From assembly GCF_037042905.1 (NCBI RefSeq), contig NC_087252.1:1924001-1988000 (forward strand): a DNA stretch of 64,000 nucleotides, given 5' to 3'. Source of the stretch: Lytechinus pictus (Eukaryota). Position 1 is the first letter of the stretch. Each line of letters opens with the position of its first letter. The notes beneath the pieces are model-generated. The model made no database searches and was not told the DNA's origin. It saw only the letters and a list, made by a program, of their open reading frames with translations. The position numbers were made by a program, and so were the translations under genes. Positions 40,056-52,000 of this stretch are shown here, in pieces.

Positions 40056-43000
40056 GGGGGGGGGGGCTTCAAGCCCCCATCCGGGCTACATAATATCCCA
40101 ATATACCCCGGCCTAGATCATGGAGATAGGGTTAAGGAAGATCATTTTCCGGGGAAAAGGTCAAACTCACCACAAAAGAAAGTTCTGTCGACTGGCGTGC
40201 ATTCTGCTCTCTCGAGAGCTAAACTCAGTATTGAAACTGGGTTTTCATCAAAACGTGTACTGGCCCACTTCTTCAATTCTTCCAATGATTTTGGTATCAG
40301 CTCCGATATCTTTCCAGTGTCCTCAAGGTCCTTTGGATGGGGATAATGAATGATCTCCGAGAGAAAGGTATTGATTTTCACTGGTTCTCCAATGTGCCAA
40401 AAAATATGCTCGAGCATTCTTTCGGAAACCATGATCGTCGAATTTGTCCGTACATCTATAAAAGGCAGAAACTCTATACAGTGCGTATCAAAAAAAAGTT
40501 TACACTTTGAAAAAGCCCTGGGAATTAAAAAAATATACAACATGTGGGTAATTTTTTCACATATATTCTTGGGTTTGGGTCTCATCTATCCAATTAAAGT
40601 AGAAGTTATGACAGAATGTTACACTTGAGTAAGCACTGTCCATTTTTGTAAAGCTCCCAGAAATCTGTTTGCGCAGAAATGCTCGTTTTCACGGGGAAGG
40701 GGAAAGGACGAAATCAAACTTACCCTGCGAAACATTTCTCATACATTTCCCTTGCACTTTTAGTCAATTGACATAAAACAAATCATACATTCAAGCATTT
40801 TGTAACAATTTTGCCACCCAAATTAAACTTTCAACACTTAGTAACTAAGCACAACCCTTACCCTTTTTGTGCCAGCTGGATCTGAGGACATAACTGAATC
40901 TGAACAAAAGTTAATTGCCGACATATCCAGCATTTTTCACTATGTTTTTATCATTTAAAGTGGGTTTACATTTCATTTTTAATGTAATACTTGTTTCTCC
41001 ACACTTTTCCCAAGCTTGAAAATGATTAACAAAATAAAAATCAAGCCTAAGCCATTTCATGTAAATCACAGTTCAGTGTAAGGCAAATATCGTCACGATG
41101 GCCTCGGTGTGTGGGGTAGTGAATGGGGCGCAATGCACTCTCTGAAGTGTTTTGGGCAAGGAAACAAGTTTAAAAAGGTAAAAGATATCTTCAAATAAAT
41201 TTTACTAGCTAAAATCCACGTGTTCTTCATGATTAGGGTCTACTTTTATTCGCATAACTATCTCAAAGTTCTGCGCAAATGATTTTTCACTAACTTTTCA
41301 AAAGTAAGTGGTGCTCACTCAAGCGGAAATATTTTTCGACATTTATATCGTCATTTGCTTAAATGGACCTGTACCAATGTTAAAATTTCGAAAAATCTTC
41401 AGGATATTACAAATGTATAATTTTACAGGATTTTTTCTAAGTGTAAACTTTTTTTCGATACGCACTGTATATCAGAAAAAAGGTAGATAGATGCTAAAAA
41501 TATATACTTTTACGTAAAGGCCGCCCGCCAACTTCCCCGGAATGTCGCAGTTTCTCTCCTGTTCCTGCTCTGTAACTCCATTTCACTTCTACCTCTATCC
41601 ACTTTTTGTAGTCCGTGTACACGATGTACCGTCAACCCCACCGCAATCCTTCATACAACTATGCAAACTTTAAAATATCAACCAAATCGATTTTTTTAGG
41701 AGGGGGGAGTTATTACTTCTTAATGCAGTACTTACCATAAATTTCTTTCCATGCGTCAGGGTATTTAGCTCTGTCTAAAGCTGTACTCAATTTCTGCGCT
41801 TGGTCGTATTCATCGTCGTGTGCCTTGCCTGCTTTCCACTGACACAAATGCTTGTAAGCCTCCGGGACTGTGAACACATCTTTCAATTTCCCGATACCTA
41901 GCTGTTCAAAGGTATCGTTCAATTTTCCCATATCAGACATGGTTACTTTAGACACCATCATCCAGAGCTCGTAAAAAGACAATTTCCCTGAGAGAATGAA
42001 TTTTGTATCAAAGAACAAAAGACTGATGCAAGTCTATAATAATCATGATCAATTCCATTATTATTAGATGCCGTTGCTAGGACTAGTCGGGTGTCTGGAA
42101 AACGAAGACCGAAGACCGGGGACTTATATCACACTCGTGTGAAAGCGTTTGTAGTTCACGCCCGAAGTGTGTACAAAGCAGTGCAAAGTGTGTACAAAAC
42201 ACGAACGCGGGTTAGAATGGACTTCGGACCTTGCCCCCTACACATGTTCTCCCATTGACCATGTTGACAATGCGCGGGTCCCCGGTCTTCGATCTTCGTT
42301 TTCCAAACCCGTTGTTGGGTGTCTGGAAAACGAAGACCGAAGACCGGGGATCGCATTCGTTTAGCTAAGATACCACTTATAAATGTCTTTATGAAGGCCT
42401 CTATTATTCAGCTCAAATTCAAGAATATTCTGATCTTGAATACATTAATATCAATAATTGGCTGATAATTAAGTCATATGAATTGCTTTGGGTGAATAAA
42501 TAGCAAAACTAGTATAGTTAATTTAGACCAGTTGAGGCGGGATAGGTCTACCAGTTTACACCACTATAAGACCACCAAGACCGGTAATAAACTCCAGTAA
42601 TCAAGACCAGATTCAAAATTCCAGTTAATTTAAGAACAACTCGAGACCAGTATACAGACCAATTAAATTTTAACTGGTCCAGCTAGTACAATGAACTGGA
42701 ACAGTTAGATCAGTATGACGTTGTTTCATTTTCCAGAGTTACATTAATCTGGTCCAGTGAACTTTGGCTGACATTAATTTGCAATTCTGCTACCATTGAC
42801 ATATAAGGCAGGTCCCCGGTCTTCGATCTTCGTTTTCCAAACCTGTTGTTGGGTGTCTGGAAAACGAAGACCGGGGATCGCGTCTATTCGTCTAGCTAAG
42901 ATAGGCCTATAATATTCAGCTCCAGTTTAAGAATATTCTGATCTTGGATACGTCATCAGCTATGATTGGCTGCAGATAAGTTATGGTTATTTGTGTGAAT

Positions 43001-46000
43001 ATCGTGATCAGCTAGGGCATGATTAATAAGGATAGATAACAATTATAACGTACATATTTCACCCACGGAATTCAGCCATTGCAATTCTGAAAAACCGAAG
43101 ACCGGGGATCGCATTCGTCTAGCTAAGATTCCACTTATGCCATCATTAAAGCCTTTATTATTCAGCTCAAGTTCAAGAATATTGTGATCTTGAATATATA
43201 CATTAACATCATTCATTGGCTGATAATTAAGTCATATTGATTGCTTGTGTCAATAAATATAGTTAGACCAGTTGAGGCGGGATATGTCTACCAGTTTACA
43301 CCACTATTCCACCGAGACAAGTAACAAACTCCATGGGGTCCCAAACCTATCATGTATTCTCATTTTGTTAAACTATGTAATATGTCTCTTGTTTTGATTG
43401 GTATAAATAAATTTGAACTTGAACTCCAGTAATCAATCAAGACCAGTTTCAAATTTCCAGTTAAAGGTTAACTCTAGACCAGTAATTTAAGACCAGTTTA
43501 TTTCTTAACTGGTCCAGTACAATGAACTGGACCAGTTAGACCAGTATGCCGTTGTTCCATTTTCCCTAGTTACATTCTGGTCCAGTGAACTGGTTTTTCC
43601 TACTTGGCTGACATCAATTTGCAAACTACCATTGACATATAAGGCAGGTCCCCGGTCTTCGATCTTCCAAAGATTTTCCAAACCTGTTGTTGTGTGTCTG
43701 GAAAACGAAGACCGAAGACCGGGGATCGCGTCTATTCGTCTAGCTAAGATGGGCCTATAATATTCAGCACCAGTTCAAGAATATTCTGATCTTGGATACG
43801 TCATCAGCTATGATTGGCTGCGGATAAGTTATGGTTGTTTGTGTGAATATCGTTATCAGCTAGGGCATAATTAATAAGGAAAGATAACAATTATAACGTA
43901 CATATTTTACCCACATAATTCAGCCATTGCAGTTCTGAAAACTTTAATAAAACTGAAAACTTGCATACAATACATCCTATATACTGCGCAATCACGTACG
44001 TACAACAGACTCAACTCAACTGGCGTTTGGAACTATTTTACCAACATTGACATTACGCATGTCCCCGGTCTTCGGTCTTCGTTTTCCAGACACCCAGGAC
44101 TAGTCACCCTATTTGATTCATGAATACAATTGAAGAAATGAGGCCATGTTCTCGAAGTGATCCTTTCACTTCTTTCATCTCTTCATTAAATTCATTTTGA
44201 CAACCATTAAAACACTTCATCAGTACATTTTTCCCCACATTTATGTCCTTTATTTTTGTTTTGTAATCATAGCTTCATATGCATGATATACATTATTTAC
44301 ATGATTATGCTAGTTCCAGTTTATAAATCTGATAGGATGTGTAAATTGTGTGTGACCTTTAATCTTCTTTATCATTTGCTCTTGAATTATTGTTTTTAAG
44401 GAAAGTCTTGTAAAAAGGGAGTCAATATCATGCACGCTATATCTCTCCATAGCGTCATTTAACATAATGCCACCATTTCAATAGGGCTATTGAGTTTGTA
44501 GATTAATCGATTTTAATCGATTAGAAGATCGCTAAAGGTATGCATCAAATATTCCAAGGAAAATGCGAAACTTACAACCATTAAAATGTGGTTGGTCCAA
44601 TTTTTAATAGCAAAGAATGCACTTATCAAAAGGGTAAGGGACGTATGTAATCATCCCCTTATCAATCCTTAAGCTTGACTGTGATAATACCTTTAATTTC
44701 CTTAGTTTCCATAAGAGGGTAACGTTCCTCTATGTCATCGTTACCAGACCCTGTTACGGGGAAGATACAGAGACATTTGAAATAAAAATAAATGTAAATA
44801 CATGTATCAAATGCAGTTCTAAATTACAGTAAATCATTGTTTTATTCCAATAATGCCAATTTCCCGAAAGCATATAAGCCATGTACCTAGCACCTTCCGA
44901 AACGGCACACAAGGAAAAGCTTTTATAAGTACACGTTTGTACCTTCCACTATTCCAGATAGATGGTCACAGAATTACATCTACAACATGACAACGGTCTT
45001 GCAAGAGCGACAAGGGGCATATAAAGGTGCTTGCAGTATTGGTAGCAACGTTTGAAAATGCAAAACATATTTTTTCTAACGTTTTGTAGAGCCTGCATCC
45101 ATTCTGTTCATTCTTGAATCTTGAATAAATAATCCCTTCTGCAGCTCATACTGGAAGCTAAACTGGGGTGGGTGCATGTGCAGTCAATGGCCGACGGTGA
45201 CGTTAGAGGTCATTTACAATAAAAAAGTGGAGGTGTGTGCAAGTAAAAACATGGCCATTCAGTTCACAATAACCGGAGTCCAGCAGTTGGCTGCACTGTT
45301 AGAAAATTTATCCTTAAAATGAAAAAAGTTCATGCAGCAGAGTCTCGAGAACACCTGTAATCTTACCAGATCATGTACAATTACAGGAAATTGGTATTTG
45401 GTGTATGGAACCTTACAAATTTCCTTTAATAAAACACCCTTTTCCCCCTTTTAAACAGACCTGTTCTGTTAAATTGCAGAAAAAAATCCTGTTTTATGAA
45501 TTTACAGAATGATTCTGTTATTGCTTTCTGCTAAATCTTCTTTTTTTCTATAAAATCAGGTTTTTTTTAAACAGTGTGCAAACTTCTGATAACTGGGAAG
45601 GCAGCCGCCAGGAAGATATAGTGAGGGAAGGTGTGTTGATAGCTACACTTCTCCGGTGATAATTTTATTAGAAATATTCTAATCATGTGTTTTTACATGA
45701 AAATCACACACAATTTATTCAAAATTGTATATATTCAAGATTTATTTACACCCCCACACCTACTTACATTAATTTCAGAGTTACTTACCTCGACGATGCC
45801 TTCGGAACCAGATCATGAATATGGAGGCACCAATTACTGTCACGAGTCCTAAACTTGCTAAAGGTATTACTGTTAGAGGAATAAGACATTCAATTATTAA
45901 CATCACATTATTCATTCAGTCACAATAACATTGTTTTGAATTGCTATTAGGGGTTCTTAATTTTATTCAGTGTATATTCACATCGATCATAGACACCAGT

Positions 46001-49000
46001 ACATATAGGACTATATTTTATAAAGAGGAAGAGCAATCGACGTCGGAATAGGCGGATGATAAATAATACGCTTAACAGCACAATTCCATCCCAAAGTTTG
46101 CATAAACCATTATAGCAATACATAATGTTTCAGTTTCATAAATTCACGGCAAATGAACGATATAATCGTTTCTGTTAACTGATTATCGATTCCACAATCA
46201 CACGGAAATACAAAGCTTTATTTATTGAAAACATATTAAAATAATTGTCATCTTGTTCATAGGTTATACAATTGCAGATGAAACTAAAAGGAAAATTCTC
46301 GATATCTCTGTGTCCATTATTTTGTTGCAGAAGAAACAAATGAAGGTGAGAACAAACAGAATCATAATGATAATTTTAATGATATCATGCTATCAACCAT
46401 CAGCATCCTTACCAATAACCATAAGGAGGTTTGTTCCCTTTGGTGGCATTGTTGTCATGGACGTTGATTCTTCGGGAGCCGAAGTTTGTTCTTCCGGAAG
46501 CCTGACAAATGCCGTCACCGCACTTTCCTTGTGGTGTCCAGGTAGATCTGATGCAACACACACGTATGGCCTTTCACTTGGAGCTGCAATAATTGAAACC
46601 GACTTGTTTCTGGTTTCATCGTTATTGATCCATTCTTTCGTCTCGGATGAAGCAATTTTCTCAGTCCCGTGCAAGAAGAACAGGTTCAGTTTTGGGTAAA
46701 AGCCAGAAGCATAGCAGATGAGGTTTACAGTGGTATGTGTGGTAATGGTACAACCGAAGTCTTGAACAAACGAAGAGTCATTGCACCCCTTAATGGCCGG
46801 GTAAGGTTCTCTAGGTGGCTCTTTGAAAAAGAATTGACCAATTACATGACCATTATAATGCATGATATAATATAATTGCAGGTATAACCTCTTCCCGAAA
46901 GAAAATCACAAATTATTTGTTTTCTTTATAATTTGTTCGGTCAGAACGGTTACTTAAAGGACAGATAATGTTTACTAATATGAGAAACAGGTACCACTAC
47001 AAGACCAAAACCAACATACTTATGATAAATAGACGGGAAATTACTTCTGCCCCTACAACATAAAAACATCACTCAACTTTGCGAGATAAAGTATTAATTT
47101 CTATCTTACCTACTACACTCAAGTCAGTAAAATTGTGGATTAGAAACCCGCGGTAGTTTGAAACTCGACATATGTAGCAGCCCTCATCTTTTATATGGGC
47201 TTCTTTGATGATCAGTGAATAGTTATTCGCTATCTCACATGAGTTATCTTCAGCACAAAGACCCGGCCATATCTTATCACCCATCCATGTCACCAATGGC
47301 GTTGCTTGCGCTGGGTCGTGTCCTTTCTTCCAGTAAACTGCTAAAGGTTCTCCGTAGAATTCGCAGTTCAAGACGGCAGTGCTTCCTCTGGGTATGGTTT
47401 TTAAGACATCTGTGTAGACGAACCCATCCTTGATATCTCCCATGATTCCTACAATTGCCGCAAACAAACAATGTACTATTTCATGAAACACCTTTTAGGT
47501 AATTTTACAAAATTTGGTCAAGGCCAGCCAAGTATTAAGATTCCAGGATCATAAATTTCTATTAGGCCTATATTCCTGAAAACCTTTTCTAAAAATGCTT
47601 CGCAAAGTACATGTACTGCCAAGGATTCTGCTGCAAACCAAAGCCATGAAACCTGTCAACCATGCAACCTCATGCTAAATGTTTGCGCTGGAAATTTTTA
47701 CTTTTGAATTGTTGATTAACTGTTTGAACTACAATTATCACTAGCGTATCAAGTATCAACAATGGCAAGAAAATTTAACGGCTCATACACAAGCATAGTA
47801 AAGTCACATTGTCCACAGACAATTGGGCGCATGAAATGTTTTGTAAGATCTGATGCTGGATACGCGCCTGGTTATTGCTATAATAACTGCGATAACTGTC
47901 ATTTTCTTATGATTCACCTATTTTGTAACTAAAAATGGTGGTTCAACAAGTTCCTTGTTGTGTAAGGTCCTGTGAGAAAAAAAATTATAGAAGTAAAAGT
48001 GACATGAAGAAGCGAGAAAGTGGAGGTTGAAAGGTAGAGATGTGTGTAGTCCTCTAAAAATACGGTATACCAGAAGGAGTGGATAGCTTGAGTAGTAGGT
48101 AGGATGAAATGATTGAGTAGAAGGCCCGTTGAGTTGGAGAGGTCAGAGCAGCTTGAGCAGGTGCGAGAATGCTGACTTGAGTCGGCGAGTGGAGTTATAG
48201 AGCAGGAGCTGGAAAGAAGACTCCAGCTTCTACGTATCGTAAACCACTTCAGAAGACGGACAGTCGACCTCCATTTCTTCATTTCACTTTTCTATCCACT
48301 TTTATTTTAGTCCCTTTCAGGACCTTGTACATGGCGTATCGTAAACCACTTCTAGGAATGTTCGTGATACCACTTCATTCATCCAAGTTCCTTGTTAGGA
48401 AATAAACTTTATACACACGCACACCCTCACCCACCTCCCGTCCCCCACACTTAATCACACACACAACCCCAAACACACACACCCTCACACCCAAAAGGTA
48501 TCCCATCGTGTGGATGAGGGAGTGTGTGTGTGGGGGTGATGGTGTGTGTGTGTATGTGTATCTACTTGTGCAATTTAGTTGTGGTCCCAAAAGCGTTTGA
48601 CGCTCGGACAGAAGAGGTATAAAAATTAATGTTTATATTTCATTGAATCTTGCTGTGAAAAAGTCGATGAAACTGAAAAGTTGGAAAATGTACTTTTCTT
48701 ACCTTCACCTTCGAAAGACTTCAATTATGCGATCCGTGGCAATGGTGATGCAAGCGTGCTGTCAAATAAGAGCTGATGTATGACTAAAAATTTTGCAAGA
48801 ATAAACTATCTAATTTTTCACAGCACTGGCAATTAAACCTCGGTAACCTCTTACAACAACACACATCCCATTGACCTTATTTTTCTTTTCTAAGTTCCAA
48901 ATTTGGGGGAAAAACAAAAATAACATAAAAATGGCTGTTTGTACTTCCGTAAAGACGTAGTCACCATAAATTTAATCACATCTATGATTAAAAAAAAAAG

Positions 49001-52000
49001 GAGATATTCTATTATTAGCCAGACTGTGTTCTATGAGGCGCCGAATGTACCAATATTATATAGAACAATTATTTGTTATATAATCATTATTTATTAAATA
49101 ATAACTATTATTTATATATAATTTACATTTTATTTGTAAATAACTACTATTATATAAAATATCATTTCTAATTATTTATATATAATTCCAAGTAATACTT
49201 CATTATTTGTAAATAATAATAGTTCGACATTCCATTATTTATAAATAATGATTATTTGTTTTTCATTATTTATAAATAATGATTATTTGTTTTTCATTAT
49301 TTATAAATAATGATTATTTGTTTTTCATTATTTACAAATAATGATTATTTGTTTTTCATTATTTATAAATAATGATTATTTGTTTTTCATTATTTATAAA
49401 TAATGATTATTTGTTTTTCATTATTTACAAATAATGATTATTTGTTTTTCATTATTTATAAATAATGATTATTTGTTTTTCATTATTTATAAATAATGAT
49501 AATTGGTTTTTCATTATTTATAAATAATGATTATTTGTTTTTCATTATTTACAAATAATGATTATTTGTTTTTCATTATTTATAAATAATGATTATTTGT
49601 TTTTCATTATTTATAAATTATTTGTTGAGTTTTCCATTATTTATAAATAATGATTATTTGTTAAATAATGAAAACGTCTACTTCATTATTTATAAATAAT
49701 TTTTTCGAGTGCACCATTATTCTCATTATTTATAAATAATCATTATTTAATGTTCGAGTTTTCCATTATTTATAAATAAAGATTATTTGTTAAATAATGA
49801 AATATCTACTTCATTATTTATAAATAATAATTTTGTTTCAATATCCCATTAATCATTATTTATAAACAATTTTTACAGTTTGCCATTATATACAAATAAT
49901 CATTATTTATATACAAATAACCATTATTTATTAAATAATGCCATTATTTATTAAATAATGCCATTATTTATTAAATAATGCCATTATTTATTAAATAATG
50001 CCATTATTTATTAAATAATGCCATTATTTATTAAATAATGGAAAACTCGCTATAACATGCAAATGTGGGACCGCCCATGATATGAATATTCATGATGCGA
50101 TTTCCTTTTTCGTGATTTTTCTTCACAAATTTTTGTCCATTTCCTCTTCATAATGACATTTCTTGAGGCAATTTTCTAGGGATATGGTCTGATTGTAATA
50201 TTCTTCATTTTCTATATAACTTCGTCTTCGTAGAAATATCAAAAAGTGTAATTTTATACGATTTTTCCTACAGTTCACAATCCCCATAGGCGCGCGTGTA
50301 CGGTAGGGACAACCGGTGAATCGACGGAGTGCTCTTCATCGAAATACTACGTTGGTTGGTCCCCGGAAGTGGCGGGCGGAATTTAGCCCGAATCCTCGAT
50401 GGAAGTCGATCAAGTGCATATGAGCTGAGAGAGTGAAATATCAGTGTACTTGTACAGGCCCTTCTACTTTTTATAAATATTTCTTGTTGCTTTTTTTGTT
50501 AAGTTAATTTTTCCTGGTGTAGAGATAAGTTTCAGTTCTAATAATGCACTTCAAATACATTTTGGAGTGTCTGTTTGAGGCGTTTGGGGCGATTTCACCC
50601 TGGCCCCAAAATGCTCGCAACGACAATACGGGGGCATGATGACCCCTAAATTTTTTAAAAAAACTTATTTTTCTATTGAAAATTATCTCAAATTCACCAA
50701 AAGTGTGCACGAAAGCCTTCGTATTTCACTTTTAAAACTCCAAAAAGTGCCCAAATGACAAGCTTGGTCGCTTCGCTGTGTCGCATTCAACTTGAGAACG
50801 TTTACGCGTCTGCTTCGATATATCCCCCCCCCCCTCCTCCGAAAGAAATTCTGTATACGGCCATGCTCTAAAGAGCCTGGCACATTGATTTATGTATACT
50901 TCATTTTCATTATTTTTATCTCATTATCATCATGGCCTTACGCAGAATTTTTTCCGGGGGGGCGGTGGGGGGAGCAGGACGCGCGTAAACTTTCTCATAA
51001 AAATCTTGAAAAAGCGAAGCGACCAAGCTTGTCATTTGAGCTTGGTCGCGTCGCTGTCTCGCTTTCAAGATTTTTTTGAGAAACTTTACGTGCGTCCTAG
51101 CTGCTCCCCCCCCCCGGTAAAAATTCTGTGTAAGGCCATGATGATAATGTGATAAAAATAATGAAAATGAAAAGTACATATAAATCAATGTGCCATATGC
51201 TCTTTTGAGCATGGCCGTTCACAGAATTTCTTTCGGGGGGTGGGGGCAGACGCGCGTAAACGTTCTCAAGTTGAAAGCGAGACAGCGAAGCGACCAAGCT
51301 TGTCATTTGGGCTTGGTCCCGTGGCTGTCTCGCTTTCAAGATTTTTTTGAGAAAGTTTACGCGCGTCATGCTCCGGCCCCGGCCCCCCTGAAAAAATTCT
51401 GCGTAAGGCCATGTTGATAATGAGATAAAAATAATGAAAATGAAAGTATACATAAATCAATGTGCCAGGCTCTTTAGAGCATGGCCGTATACAGAATTTC
51501 TTTCGGAGGAGGGGGGGGGGGGATATATCGAAGCAGACGCGTAAACGTTCTCAAGTTGAATGCGACACAGCGAAGCGACCAAGCTTGTCATTTGGGCACT
51601 TTTTGGAGTTTTAAAAGTGAAATACGAAGGCTTTCGTGCACACTTTTGGTGAATTTTGAGATAATTTTCAATAGAAAAATAAGTTTTTAAAAATTTAGGG
51701 GTCATCATGCCCCCGTATTGTCGTTGCGAGCATTTTGGGGCCAGGGTGAAATCGCCCCAAACGCCTCAAACAGACACTCCAAAATGTATTTGAAGTGCAT
51801 TATTAGAACTGAAACTTATCTCTACACCAGGAAAAATTAACTTAACAAAAAAAGCAACAAGAAATATTTATAAAAAGTAGAAGGGCCTGTACAAGTACAC
51901 TGATATTTCACTCTCTCGGCTCATATGCACTTGATCGACTTCCATCGAGGATTCGGGCTAAATTCCGCCCGCCACTTCCGGGGACCAACCAACGTAGTAT

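Noticed and set aside
42089..44095. Repeat-spacer pattern reminiscent of CRISPR or an integron
   Set aside because: Eukaryotic context, spacers of hundreds of bp and duplicated, repeats in both orientations, no cas or integrase, and the whole is bounded by a TSD.
46253..46699. 148-aa plus-strand ORF
   Set aside because: Antisense to the Ig exon with no independent coding features.
47929..48282. 117-aa Ser-rich minus-strand ORF inside intron 1
   Set aside because: No convincing splice sites or domain. Possibly an old repeat fragment, but I cannot support a call.
48703..48800. Possible signal-peptide exon (AAG|gtaag donor, minus strand)
   Set aside because: In-frame TAA in the required phase and no hydrophobic stretch. 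The 53438-53375 exon fits far better.
50504..51708. Cluster of short ORFs at the palindrome centre as a transposase
   Set aside because: Mirror-image translations of ~270-bp repeats with no DDE motif.
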